From Candidatus Alkanophaga liquidiphilum (GTDB taxonomy: Archaea; Halobacteriota; Syntropharchaeia; Alkanophagales; B39-G2): DNA of 64,000 nucleotides. Below the pieces are notes generated by a model that was given only the letters and a program-made list of their open reading frames with translations, ran no database searches and had not been told where the DNA came from. Shown here piece by piece: positions 28,214 through 37,687 of the stretch; position 1 is the first letter of the stretch, and every line of letters starts with the position of its first letter. The stretch is from NCBI GenBank assembly GCA_029259535.1, contig JAPHEF010000001.1:21399-85398 (forward strand), written 5' to 3'. The translations under genes were made by a program, and so were the position numbers.

Positions 28214-28618
28214 ATGACCATGGCGAAAATGCCAAAGGAAGTAATGGACTTGTTTAATGATGCACAGGCTGCGAAGGTTTTGGCGACGGTGAACGCCGAC
28301 GGCGTCCCAAACGTCGTTCCTGTAGGGACGCTCGCCGCCGTGAATGAGGAGATGATAGCGTTTGCCGATATTTTCCTCGGGAAGACGAAAAGCAATCTCG
28401 AAGCCACCAAAAAAGTGGCAGCCGCCGCATATAAGGGTCTTGACGGTTATCAGATAAAAGGGACGTTCCAAGGTTTCCAGACCTCCGGGCCGCTCTTCGA
28501 GCAGATGAGCAAGACTGTTAAGGAAACACTGAAGCTCGAAACGAAGGCTGTCGGCACGATAAAGGTCGAAGAGGTCTATTCTGTGGGCGTGAAAGCTCCC
28601 GGAAAGAAAATAGCTTAA
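28214..28618 (+). CDS. Pyridoxamine 5'-phosphate oxidase-like FMN-binding split-barrel protein
   Basis: VLATVNADGVPNVVPVG...MIAFAD is the classic PNPOx-like N-terminal strand pattern. The start was chosen at ATG 28214 within the longer ORF. Confidence 0.55.
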   Translation: MTMAKMPKEVMDLFNDAQAAKVLATVNADGVPNVVPVGTLAAVNEEMIAFADIFLGKTKSNLEATKKVAAAAYKGLDGYQIKGTFQGFQTSGPLFEQMSKTVKETLKLETKAVGTIKVEEVYSVGVKAPGKKIA

Positions 28619-28647
28619 TTTTTTACTTTTTCTCATCTCGTTGCATC

Positions 28648-29085
28648 ATGCCGAGGCAGAAACAAAGAAGACGCAAAGGCAAACGGAATTACCTCGTTTA
28701 CAAGGAGCTTGAGTTTATAGTCGAGGAGATGAATCGTGAAGTAGATGCAGTTATCGTCGAGGGTTCTCACGACAGGACGGCGTTGGAGTTGCTGGGTTTC
28801 AGAAAAGACATGCTCTTGTATTCAGAGTCGAAGCTCTCGGATGGCGACTTCGTCGAGCTCGTCAGCCAGAAGTATGAGCGTGTTGTCATCCTCACCGATT
28901 ACGACAGAGACGGAAAAAGCTTTAACAAAAAACTTTCAGAACGCCTCCAGAGGCGTGGAGTCTGCATCGAGCGCACATATCGAGATAAAATAGGCAAATT
29001 GCTGGGACAGTGCGGCATCAAGGACATAGAATCAATATCCGCACTCAAAAAGCGAGTTTTCGACTTTTGCTACGAGATGCCTTAA
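28648..29085 (+). CDS. Small Toprim-domain protein (COG1658-like, RNase M5/primase-like Toprim)
   Basis: VIVEGSHDRTAL (the E in the first motif) and ILTDYDRDGK (DxD) match Toprim catalytic motifs. Confidence 0.65.
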   Translation: MPRQKQRRRKGKRNYLVYKELEFIVEEMNREVDAVIVEGSHDRTALELLGFRKDMLLYSESKLSDGDFVELVSQKYERVVILTDYDRDGKSFNKKLSERLQRRGVCIERTYRDKIGKLLGQCGIKDIESISALKKRVFDFCYEMP

Positions 29086-29102
29086 ATCTTAACAACAAAT
29101 GC

Positions 29103-29130
29103 TTACAGAATGTCGCTAAGAAAGCTCATA
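29103..29130. repeat. Intergenic motif copy B (ttacagaatgtcgctaagaaagctcata)
   Basis: This copy lies in the convergent gap after the Toprim gene. It shares aatgtcgctaagaaagct with copy A. Confidence 0.5.
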
Positions 29131-29133
29131 CCT

Positions 29134-29505
29134 TTAGGGTTGAGATAGGGGAGGGAGTTTGGGAGTTGAGTTTTTATATTGCCCGTAATCCGCAGTTGTT
29201 TCTATTTCTGCTATAAACACATTAGAGGCATCTTCGTGCTTCATAAAGGCGATATTTGGCGGTCCTGGCGGCTCCTCGCTGGTGCCAAAGTAATATATGA
29301 GGTGCCCTTCTACCTCTTCTGCGCCACTTGCCTCTAAGGTATATGCCGTGATGGTTATTGTTGTACCGCCGTCCACATCTGCAGTAACCATGTAGATGTC
29401 TTCTTTTGGGTCTATGGGCGTTGGCTTCTCAGCCATCGCTGACGAGAGCAGAAGCGGGAGTAGCAACCCCAGCACTAACAACGTTACGGACGCATCCCTA
29501 CTCAC
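29134..29505 (-). CDS. Hypothetical secreted protein (signal peptide)
   Basis: The N-terminal LLVLGLLLPLLLSSAMA resembles a signal peptide. No recognisable domain was found. Confidence 0.35.
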   Translation of the reverse strand: MSRDASVTLLVLGLLLPLLLSSAMAEKPTPIDPKEDIYMVTADVDGGTTITITAYTLEASGAEEVEGHLIYYFGTSEEPPGPPNIAFMKHEDASNVFIAEIETTADYGQYKNSTPKLPPLSQP

Positions 29506-29602
29506 AGTGCTCCCTCCTCTTCTTGATGCCGCATGGGGGGATTTCCCCTTTGGAATTCAACTCCAAGTGCATAAAAATGAATCCAAAATCGAAAACAAAT
29601 TT

Positions 29603-31519
29603 TCACTTCGGCAGCGTGAAGAAGAAACGGCTGCCCCTACCCACTTCGCTCTCAGCCCATACGCGTCCGCCATGTGCCTCCACGACGCTCCGCACGACGA
29701 AAAGCCCAACCCCCATGCCCTTTTTATGAGATAAGTAGCTGCCAACCTCGTAAAAAGCCTCAAATATTCTGTCAAGCTTGTCCTTTGGGATGCCGACGCC
29801 GCTGTCGGCGACGCAAAACCTCACGTAGTCCTTTCCGCTCTCGGAAATTTCTTCGACGGTTATTTCTATGCTACCGCCTTCAGGCGTAAATTTTATGGCG
29901 TTTTCGAGGAGGTTGAAAATGGCGCTTTTTATTTTTTCCCCGTCGCATACTACCTTCACATCTGGGACGCTCACACGCAACACGTGCCCTCTCTGCCTTA
30001 GAAGGGCGTTTAAATCCCTCACAACATCGTAAACCAGCGTTTTTGTCGAGTGCTCTTTCTTGTCAAGACGTAGCTGCCCCTCTTTTATCGTCATCACTGT
30101 CCTTAAGTCGTCCAAAAGCTTTATCAGCCTATTTACACTTTCGCTGATCACGAGCAGCCGCTCTTGCTGCTCATAACTCAGCTCGCCGAAGACGCCGCTG
30201 AGAAGCATGTCCATGTTGCCTCGGATTATCGTGAGCGGCGTTCCCAGTTCATGAATGGCAATCATCATAAAGTTATCTTTCATCTCGTCCAGCTCTTTTA
30301 ACCGCTCGTAAGCTTCCGCAAGTTCCCTCTTCGAGGCATCAACGTCCTCAAGGATGTTTAATAATGCCTTCCTTGCATCCATTAGCTCCCTCACCGTCGC
30401 CTTTAGCTCCTCCGTCTGCCGCTCAAGGGCTCTCGTTTTCTCCTCAAGCTCTTTCTCTCTCGCAACAAGCTTTGAAATGTCTCGAAGCTCTATCAAATGC
30501 CCGAGCAGTGCGTCCTTGAACATTATTGGCGAAACTATGACCTCTAAGACGCCACTCGGTAGCTCCACGGGCTTCCTAAGCTCTTTCAGCTCGCTAACAA
30601 TCCTGATAAGCTCCTTCGCCTCGTCCTTAACCATTACTTCTAGATCTTTGAGAGGCTTTCCCACAATTTTCTTGGATTCGACGCCAAAAAGCTCTTCAAC
30701 GGGCTCATTGGCGAGCTGTATCCTGCCGAAGCGGTCAATAACTATAAATCCGTCCTCGATACTCTTCACGAGATTATTGAGCATGACCTCAGAGGGAAGA
30801 AACCTGTATTTCAGAAGCACGCAAGCTACGACTGTGGCGCCGGCGACGGTGAACGCCGAGGCTAATGGGGGCACCTGCACACTCGTGAGCGGGATGAAGT
30901 TTTTGTTAAGCGGAAGGAGTATGTCGGTGAATACGCTAAGCGCCACTACGACGAGAGCGGTGGATGCCACCGCCCGCACTTGCAGAAATTCAAACCTGTC
31001 GTCCTTTGAAAATTTATATGATCTGAGAAACTCGAAGGCGACAACGAACATGACGCCGATGAAATAAAATAAAAATGCCGTTAGCAGGGGCGTTCCCACA
31101 TATTCGTAGCCCCAGAAGCGGAGTTCCACGCCGCTTATCAACTTGCCCTTGAGAAGGAGGGGGAGAAATGCGATGGAAATGCAGTAAAAGGCGGCCAAGA
31201 GGTATTTCTGCGACGCTCGTTTTAGTTTCAGTCTTGTGTTCTCGGGGAACGCCGTCGCAAAGTGGTAGAACGTGGGGGGTATAAAGAGCACACCCATACA
31301 CTCCACCATGCTCCAGAATAACGGGTCGTCGAGGCGTAGGCGACGCATTAACTCGCCCACATCCCATATAATAAGCGAGATGAAGAGCAACACGAGCGTC
31401 TTGCCAACGGTATTTTTTCTCTCGGTTACCGATACAAAAATTACTAAGAGGATATTGATAAGAAGTGCGATTGCGGATATCAAAACATATATGTTTGTCA
31501 TATCTACTTCTTTTTTCAT
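29603..31519 (-). CDS. Sensor histidine kinase (multi-TM N-terminal sensor, PAS-like, HisKA, HATPase_c)
   Basis: The H-box is HELGTPLTIIRGN. N, G1 and G2 boxes are present (LLENAIKF, VADSGVGIP, GMGVGL). About 6-7 N-terminal TM helices. No adjacent response regulator. Confidence 0.8.
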   Translation of the reverse strand: MKKEVDMTNIYVLISAIALLINILLVIFVSVTERKNTVGKTLVLLFISLIIWDVGELMRRLRLDDPLFWSMVECMGVLFIPPTFYHFATAFPENTRLKLKRASQKYLLAAFYCISIAFLPLLLKGKLISGVELRFWGYEYVGTPLLTAFLFYFIGVMFVVAFEFLRSYKFSKDDRFEFLQVRAVASTALVVVALSVFTDILLPLNKNFIPLTSVQVPPLASAFTVAGATVVACVLLKYRFLPSEVMLNNLVKSIEDGFIVIDRFGRIQLANEPVEELFGVESKKIVGKPLKDLEVMVKDEAKELIRIVSELKELRKPVELPSGVLEVIVSPIMFKDALLGHLIELRDISKLVAREKELEEKTRALERQTEELKATVRELMDARKALLNILEDVDASKRELAEAYERLKELDEMKDNFMMIAIHELGTPLTIIRGNMDMLLSGVFGELSYEQQERLLVISESVNRLIKLLDDLRTVMTIKEGQLRLDKKEHSTKTLVYDVVRDLNALLRQRGHVLRVSVPDVKVVCDGEKIKSAIFNLLENAIKFTPEGGSIEITVEEISESGKDYVRFCVADSGVGIPKDKLDRIFEAFYEVGSYLSHKKGMGVGLFVVRSVVEAHGGRVWAESEVGRGSRFFFTLPK

Positions 31520-31550
31520 CGCAACTTAATAATATGACTTATGGGAGACC

Positions 31551-32876
31551 ATGTTCGGACTTTTAGAGCGGGCGTTGGAAACGGCACTGAAGGATTGTGA
31601 GCAGGCTGAAATTTATGCGGAGCGAAGCAGAGTTCTGAGCATTGATTTTGAAAAAGGTAAAGTGAAGCGGGGGAAAGTCGGCGAGAACCTAGGGATTGGT
31701 ATCAGAGTGGTGCTTTCAAAAAAGGTGGGGTTCTCTTATACAACATCGGCAGAGCGTCTTGAGGAGTGCATTGCCGCCGCCATAAGGCAGGCGAAAGCTT
31801 CCGAGACTGATGAAGCATTTGAGGGTTTGCCACAGCCTTCGAGGGGCTACTCGACTCCGGAGAGGACATTTGATGAGGCGGTAGTTGCGTTAAGCGCTGG
31901 AGCGGCTGTGGAGCTTTGCGAGAGCATGATTTCAGCGGCGTTAGAAAAAGGCGTGAAGACGGTGGAAGGCGGTTTCTCTGCGGGTTACGATGAAGTTTTT
32001 GTGCTGAGCTCCGAGGGTGTGAAAACGCAAGACAGGGCGACCTTTGTCTCTGGTAGTTTGACGGCGATTGCGAGTTCAGCGGGCGGTGAGGAGGTTGCGG
32101 CGTGGGAAGGCACGGTGTCGCATTTTCTGCAGGATTTCGACGCGGAATTCGTCGGGCGGGAGGCGGCGAGCGTCGCAGTCGCAAGCCTGGGCGGCGAGCG
32201 TTGCGAGACGAGGAAGATGCCAGTAGTGCTGACGCCGAAATCGCTGCAAAGCCTCCTGCCTTACACAACGATTGCGCAATTGAACGCTGAAAATGTGCAG
32301 AAGAAACAGTCTCCCTACTACAAAAAAAAGAACGAGAGTATTGCAAGTGAAATTTTAACCATCTTGGACGACGGCACGCTCCCTGGAGGCTTGAACACGA
32401 GAAAGATGGACGGCGAGGGTATCGCCTCGCAGAAAACCATGCTTGTGGAGTGCGGCGTCCTTAAAAATTTTCTCTACGACTCATATACGGCAACAAAAGA
32501 CAACGTGGAGAGCACGGGGAACGCCGTTCGCAGCTACGACACGCTGCCAAGGGTCGGCGCCACGAACTTCGTGCTGACTGCTGAAGAGCTTTTGAAAAAG
32601 GAAGAGTTGCTTGGAGAGATCAAGGAGGGTTTGCTCGTCCACGACCTCATCGGTGCACACACGGCATCACGGGCATCTGGCGAGTTTTCAGTGGTCGCAT
32701 ACAATGCCTTCATCGTCCGCAGGGGTGAACTCCGTCCTGCTAAGAACGTCATGCTCGCCGGCGCCTCCACCGAAATTTTAAAGAACGTCGTGGCGCTCGC
32801 CGATGATGTCCGGCAGCTCGGCAGCGTCGTCTCACCGTCAATCCTCGTCAAAAACATACAAGTGGTCTCGGCGTAG
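31551..32876 (+). CDS. TldD/PmbA-family (peptidase U62) protein
   Basis: The 441 aa protein has the family length and the conserved C-terminal Gly-rich region (GEFSVVAYNAFIVRRGE). Confidence 0.7.
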   Translation: MFGLLERALETALKDCEQAEIYAERSRVLSIDFEKGKVKRGKVGENLGIGIRVVLSKKVGFSYTTSAERLEECIAAAIRQAKASETDEAFEGLPQPSRGYSTPERTFDEAVVALSAGAAVELCESMISAALEKGVKTVEGGFSAGYDEVFVLSSEGVKTQDRATFVSGSLTAIASSAGGEEVAAWEGTVSHFLQDFDAEFVGREAASVAVASLGGERCETRKMPVVLTPKSLQSLLPYTTIAQLNAENVQKKQSPYYKKKNESIASEILTILDDGTLPGGLNTRKMDGEGIASQKTMLVECGVLKNFLYDSYTATKDNVESTGNAVRSYDTLPRVGATNFVLTAEELLKKEELLGEIKEGLLVHDLIGAHTASRASGEFSVVAYNAFIVRRGELRPAKNVMLAGASTEILKNVVALADDVRQLGSVVSPSILVKNIQVVSA

Positions 32877-32879
32877 CTC

Positions 32880-33150
32880 GACGTGACAGTGCCGTATCAG
32901 AGTGGCTAAGCGAGGGGCATGGAGGCACGAGCATGGTCATTAGCGGGTTCCACAAAGAGACTTCTATCCCGCTTTGCGCATTAAGATGTGTTAGATTGAG
33001 ACTACCGGTCAAGGCTAGTCGTCCCTTTTACGGCGTGGGAGAATCCTTGACCTCCACAGGAATGCTCACGGGGACGACCCTTAAAAACAAAGCTCTCGGA
33101 TTTTAGACATTATTGGTAAGTAGTAATGATTTAAAGAGGGGCATCCGAAC
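32880..33150. ncRNA. Candidate structured non-coding RNA (unclassified) in 280-nt ORF-free gap
   Basis: Several 6-8 bp complementary segments are present. They include AGCGGG/CCCGCT (32942-32947 / 32969-32974). They also include GGTCAAGG/CCTTGACC (33007-33014 / 33044-33051) and GTCGTCCC/GGGACGAC (33017-33024 / 33070-33077), which interleave in a pseudoknot-like order. No RNase P or SRP hallmark motifs were recognised. Confidence 0.2.
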
Positions 33151-33183
33151 AGTAAGTTGCACAGTGCGCAGGACGGGTCTGCG

Positions 33184-34698
33184 ATGAAAGAAGAACATAA
33201 ATATCTTCTCATAATTGCAGTGGTATTCGCTCTGGTTATCGGAGGGATTCTTTCTGTGCCGTATGACCCACAAGCAGACATTGTTGATGCGGTTTCAATT
33301 GATACATGGGCGCACCTATATATTGACGGTATATACAAGATGCCCCTATATGAGTTTCTGGAAAAGTATCCTAGAGCGTTACAGAGCGGTGTGATCGAAG
33401 AAGACGGCGAGTATTATGTTGTGACGGAGAAGGGAATTGGTTATGTTTTATTCTACGCATTGATGATAGCATTGGGCATTCAACGATTTACGGGGACAAT
33501 TCTCGCTTTGATTGCCGTAGTATCTACCTACATCCTTTCAAGAAGGCTTTTTGGCGTGAGATGTGCTGCGTTATCCACCATACTGCTTCTTACGACAGGA
33601 ATTGCGATGATTATGACTTATCGTTATGCATGGGTCGATTACGGGACGATGGCGTTCCTTGTGCTTTCAATCTGCCTCTTTATAGAGGGTGTTGCTCGAA
33701 AGAGTTCGGTGCTATGTCTTTTGTCGGGGTCTGTCTTCTCTGTGGCTGTATCGACCCGCTACCCGGTGGGGCTGCTCGTTGTTCTCCCATTTGTTTACCT
33801 ACTGGTAAAAGAGGCTCCAAGGATGAAGCTTATAGTGGCATTCTGTATCGGGCTTTTAATACTCTTAACACCTCTCCTGTGGTATAACACCATTACCTAT
33901 GGTGGCCCTTTCAAGTCGGGCTATGATGTTCGCCGTCTTGGCGACTTCGTGCGTGGTGAACATGAAATTGAGTTGGGAGAGGGGGAGGGGGCGTCAAAAT
34001 ACTGGAGCATCGAAGGTGCGGTTGATAATCTTACAGACGTTCCGCAGATGTTTCTTATCGCAATGCCAGTCTTTTATCTAGCGTTTTTCGGGCTTTACAG
34101 GTCTTATAAGGATAATAAAGCTGGGTTTTACCTTTTATTTTCCTGGATAACACTTACAATGATTCTTTACTTCCCGATGGGGCATCTTGGAGGTGTGGGG
34201 TTACAAGCACTTCAGCAAGTGCGGTATTTCCTCCCGATGCTTCCAGCACTCTGCATCTTCGGGGCAAATGCACTTTCAGGTCTTTTTTCAAAGGGAAAAT
34301 ATGGAGGAATTCTTGTGGCGGCTCTGCTGATAATATTGGCTGGAGTAGGTGTCTCTGCAACAATATGGAATATGCATACATGGGATGCGACTGGAAGGTT
34401 TAAAGAGATTGACGTAGACCTTAAATCCCTATATGAGAACCCATCAGCCTTTAACAACGGGATCGTCACCTTAAGGCACTTGATCGTGATTAAATATGTG
34501 AGAGGTGGCTTAATCGTAAAAGATTCTACCACATTCGAGGATATGCTTCTTTGTTTCCCCAGACCACCTCCACAGAGCGTGAAGGAGCTTGATAGAATCA
34601 CAGGTAAGTTCATCTGGAAGGATCGAAATCAGAATGGGAGTATGGAGAGAGGAGAAGGTGTTATTATGGTAAAGGAGATTCGCTGGGTGCTCCCATGA
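33184..34698 (+). CDS. Polytopic membrane protein, GT-C-type glycosyltransferase-like (ArnT/PMT-like), putative
   Basis: About 11 TM helices in the N-terminal two-thirds, with a soluble C-terminal domain. The architecture is like ArnT/PMT-type membrane glycosyltransferases. No diagnostic catalytic motif was verified. Confidence 0.4.
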   Translation: MKEEHKYLLIIAVVFALVIGGILSVPYDPQADIVDAVSIDTWAHLYIDGIYKMPLYEFLEKYPRALQSGVIEEDGEYYVVTEKGIGYVLFYALMIALGIQRFTGTILALIAVVSTYILSRRLFGVRCAALSTILLLTTGIAMIMTYRYAWVDYGTMAFLVLSICLFIEGVARKSSVLCLLSGSVFSVAVSTRYPVGLLVVLPFVYLLVKEAPRMKLIVAFCIGLLILLTPLLWYNTITYGGPFKSGYDVRRLGDFVRGEHEIELGEGEGASKYWSIEGAVDNLTDVPQMFLIAMPVFYLAFFGLYRSYKDNKAGFYLLFSWITLTMILYFPMGHLGGVGLQALQQVRYFLPMLPALCIFGANALSGLFSKGKYGGILVAALLIILAGVGVSATIWNMHTWDATGRFKEIDVDLKSLYENPSAFNNGIVTLRHLIVIKYVRGGLIVKDSTTFEDMLLCFPRPPPQSVKELDRITGKFIWKDRNQNGSMERGEGVIMVKEIRWVLP

Positions 34699-34699
34699 T

Positions 34700-34738
34700 T
34701 TTTACAAGATTTCGGCGAGAAAGCTTATGGTTTGAACC
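34700..34738. repeat. Intergenic motif copy C (ttttacaagatttcggcgagaaagcttatggtttgaacc)
   Basis: This copy lies immediately 3' of the GT-C gene stop, in a convergent gap before valS. Confidence 0.5.
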
Positions 34739-34916
34739 GAATCGCCGTTAGGTTTATATATTGTTTGCAATTTTGTTATTAGCGAGGCTGCGGGTATATC
34801 CTGCAGTCAGGGGCTGCGGTGAGCCAGCCCCGTCGTGAAGCTCGGCTCCGGAGCGGTGCTCCTCAAGGAGTCTGGGCGGAGAGGCGTGAAGCTCCCGGCT
34901 TTAGCCGTGGAGTAGC

Positions 34917-37586
34917 TCACCTCTTCCGTTCCACGACCACGACGGTGCCGTTCCCCCCAGGACTGCTTACCTCAAGGATGTCCACAGCCTTGCCGCTCAA
35001 CATGAAGCTCCGTTCAACCTCGACACACTCGTCATCGAGTTCGAGGGGCTCGCCGCCGACGGTGATGACGAATTTCCCGTGTTTTTGCAGTTGTTCGTCC
35101 ACGATTTTGGGGTCTGCTTGCGCCAGGGCTTTGAGCAGGTCTTTGGTCTTTGCCCTGAATCTCGGACCGATGATGTTGGGCTTCGGAACCACTCGCACAG
35201 GCAGAAGCTCAGCCTTTACCGACGCTCGCTTAAGCTCGATTTCAGCAACTGTAACGCTTGCAAGGTCGTCCAGCTCGCTCTTATCAATAACATCACTGTA
35301 AAGCTCAAGCCGCCCGAGTGGAGCGTTCAGTGGCATGCCCCTTTCCGCCTTGTATTTCCGAACGGCGGCGGCGACGGCATTCAGCACGTCGCCTTTGCGT
35401 TCGGCGTCGTCGTCGTAGAGCAGCGGCGATGGCCACCTCTCAAGATGCACGCTCCGCCGCCCCTTATCTTGAGTAACTCTTGAATACATTTCCTCCGCAA
35501 AGAACGGCGTGAACGGCGCAAGCAAGATGGAGACTGTCTTCAGCGTGATGTAGAGCGCCGTCCTTGCGGAGTTTCTGGCGACGTCTCCGAAACGCCCGTA
35601 GAGCCGAGCCTTCACAAGTTCAATGTAGCTGTCGGCGAGGACGCCCCAGCAGAACGTTCTGATGCGCCGCATCGCCTCGTCGAACTTGAAGGCATCCATG
35701 CACTCGGTGACGTCGGCAACGAGCTTGCTGAGCTTCACGAGCAGCCACCTGTCAACGGTGCGCAGCGTCTTAACGTCGTCCTCAGGCGGCGTGAAGTCTT
35801 CAAGGTGCGGCAGCGAGAACCGCAGGATGCTCCAAAGCTTCTGCAGGAAGCGGCGGGCAGCGACCACGTCCTTCCAGCGGAACTGCACGTCGCTACCGAC
35901 GGCGCCACCGATTGCTGCCCACTGCCTGAAGGCGTCGGCGCCGTATTTCTCAATAACCTCCTCAGGCGCCACGATGTTGTTTCTCGATTTGCTCATCTTG
36001 TAGCCGTCCTCGCCGAGAACCATGCCGTTTATGACTATCGTCTCCCAGGGCATCTCGTTGGTGAGGAGAAGGGTCCTTAGAATCGTGTAGAACGCCCACG
36101 TTCGTATGATGTCGTGCCCTTGCGGGCGGAGCGCTGTTGGCTTGAACTTGCTGCTGTTGCTATCATCGCCATTGCCTGCCCAAGGGCGCCAGCCGCCGAC
36201 CCAAAGCGCCGTCACGGAGGAGTCCATCCAAGTGTCGAGCACGTCCGTCTCGCCTTCGAACTCTGTGGAGCCACAGCGTTCACAAGCGACACGAGGCGGA
36301 TGCTCTAACGGGTCAATAGGGAGTTCTTCGTAGCTCGCCACGACGACATTACCGCATTTCTTGCAATACCAGATTGGGATGGGCGTTGCGAAGATGCGTT
36401 GCCGTGAGATGCACCAATCCCACTCCAGCGACTCCGCCCAGTTTTTCAGACGCAAGAAGAAGTGCTCAGGCACCCACCTCACACGCCTCGCGGCATCTAC
36501 GACGCGCTCGCTATCTACCTTCAAAAACCACTGCTCCGTGGAAAGGATTTCAATGGGTGTCTTGCAACGCCAGCAGACGCCGACGCTCTGCTGAAGCCGC
36601 TCCTGCTTCGTGAGCAAGCCGTGCGCCCGCAAGTCCTCTATGATCTGGCAGCGAGCCTCCTCCACGCTTAGCCCCTTGTATTCACCCGCGAGCTCTGTCA
36701 TTTTTCCTTGCTCGTCTATGGAGCGGCGTAGCGGAAGCTCATGCTCTTTCCACCAGCGGACGTCCTGCCTGTCGCCGAACGTGCAAATCATCACGACGCC
36801 CGTTCCAAAGGAGGGGTCTACGCTCTCGTCTGCGAAAATGCGGACGACTTGCGAGAATATCGGCACCTCCACCTCCTTGCCCACCAAAGCTCTATATCGT
36901 TCGTCATTGGGGTGGACAGCAACGGCGACACAACTTGGTAGAAGCTCAGGACGCGTAGTCGCAATCTCTACGTAGTTGCCGTCTAAAAGCTTAAATTTCA
37001 AGTAATTCAAAAAAGTCTCCCTATCATCATATTCAACCTCTGCAAATGCAATTGCGGTCTCACAGCGGGGGCACCAGTTCACAGGGTGCTCTGTTTTATA
37101 AATAAGCCCTTCTTTGAACAGCTTGACGAATGTGTGCTGCACGAACTTTTTGTAGTAGTCTTCCATAGTGATGTATTCTTGGCTCCAGTCGATGCTCATG
37201 CCAAGCCGTCGCATCGTCTCCTTCATCTTTTTGATGTTTTCGAGCGTGAGCTCTCGGCATAGCCGCCGGAACTCCGCACGGGAGACCTGATTTTTTGTGA
37301 TGCCGTGCCGCTCCTCAACTTTAACCTCAGTCGGCAGCCCGTGGCAATCCCAGCCTTGCGGAAACATGACGTTGTAGCCTCGCATCCTCTTGTAGCGGGC
37401 TATGAAATCAATATAACACCAATTCAACGCATTCCCGATGTGAAAATCGCCCGTCGGGTAGGGCGGCGGGGTATCTATGATATAAGGCTCCGCCTCCGAC
37501 GTGCGGTCGAAATAATAAATAGAGTCATCCCAACGCTCCAACCACTTCTTCTCAATTTCTCCATGCTCGTATTCCTTCTTTAGCAT
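34917..37586 (-). CDS. valS: Class I aminoacyl-tRNA synthetase of the Val/Ile/Leu family, most consistent with valyl-tRNA synthetase
   Basis: HIGH-type motif is [13 protein letters not shown]; KMSKS is present ([10 protein letters not shown]). [10 protein letters not shown] is present. The 889 aa length fits archaeal ValRS better than IleRS or LeuRS. Confidence 0.65.
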   Translation of the reverse strand: MLKKEYEHGEIEKKWLERWDDSIYYFDRTSEAEPYIIDTPPPYPTGDFHIGNALNWCYIDFIARYKRMRGYNVMFPQGWDCHGLPTEVKVEERHGITKNQVSRAEFRRLCRELTLENIKKMKETMRRLGMSIDWSQEYITMEDYYKKFVQHTFVKLFKEGLIYKTEHPVNWCPRCETAIAFAEVEYDDRETFLNYLKFKLLDGNYVEIATTRPELLPSCVAVAVHPNDERYRALVGKEVEVPIFSQVVRIFADESVDPSFGTGVVMICTFGDRQDVRWWKEHELPLRRSIDEQGKMTELAGEYKGLSVEEARCQIIEDLRAHGLLTKQERLQQSVGVCWRCKTPIEILSTEQWFLKVDSERVVDAARRVRWVPEHFFLRLKNWAESLEWDWCISRQRIFATPIPIWYCKKCGNVVVASYEELPIDPLEHPPRVACERCGSTEFEGETDVLDTWMDSSVTALWVGGWRPWAGNGDDSNSSKFKPTALRPQGHDIIRTWAFYTILRTLLLTNEMPWETIVINGMVLGEDGYKMSKSRNNIVAPEEVIEKYGADAFRQWAAIGGAVGSDVQFRWKDVVAARRFLQKLWSILRFSLPHLEDFTPPEDDVKTLRTVDRWLLVKLSKLVADVTECMDAFKFDEAMRRIRTFCWGVLADSYIELVKARLYGRFGDVARNSARTALYITLKTVSILLAPFTPFFAEEMYSRVTQDKGRRSVHLERWPSPLLYDDDAERKGDVLNAVAAAVRKYKAERGMPLNAPLGRLELYSDVIDKSELDDLASVTVAEIELKRASVKAELLPVRVVPKPNIIGPRFRAKTKDLLKALAQADPKIVDEQLQKHGKFVITVGGEPLELDDECVEVERSFMLSGKAVDILEVSSPGGNGTVVVVERKR

Positions 37587-37620
37587 CGTTCCTCCCTTGC
37601 GTTTTTAAGTGTTGCTCCTT

Positions 37621-37642
37621 ATAAGAATGTCGCTTAGCGAGC
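37621..37642. repeat. Intergenic motif copy D (partial; ataagaatgtcgcttagcgagc)
   Basis: This copy lies in the valS/thiDN divergent intergenic region. It shares agaatgtcgct-agc with copies A and B. Confidence 0.35.
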
Positions 37643-37644
37643 CG

Positions 37645-37671
37645 CACATTAAGTTACGCACATTAAGTTAC
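37645..37671. repeat. Tandem direct repeat cacattaagttac x2 (1-nt spacer) in divergent promoter region
   Basis: An exact 13-nt duplication lies between valS (minus) and thiDN (plus), just upstream of an AT-rich TATA-like stretch. Confidence 0.5.
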
Positions 37672-37687
37672 AGTCATAAATTATATC

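Noticed and set aside
30354-31067. 237-aa Ser-rich plus-strand ORF inside the histidine kinase gene
   Set aside because: Antisense, very low complexity (poly-Ser/Thr).
32877-33156. Assignment of the structured intergenic region to RNase P RNA or SRP RNA
   Set aside because: The P4/CR-I GGAAAGUCCGGGC, CR-V ACAGAA and SRP helix-8 GGAA-tetraloop/AGCA motifs could not be found by inspection. It is kept only as an unclassified ncRNA candidate.
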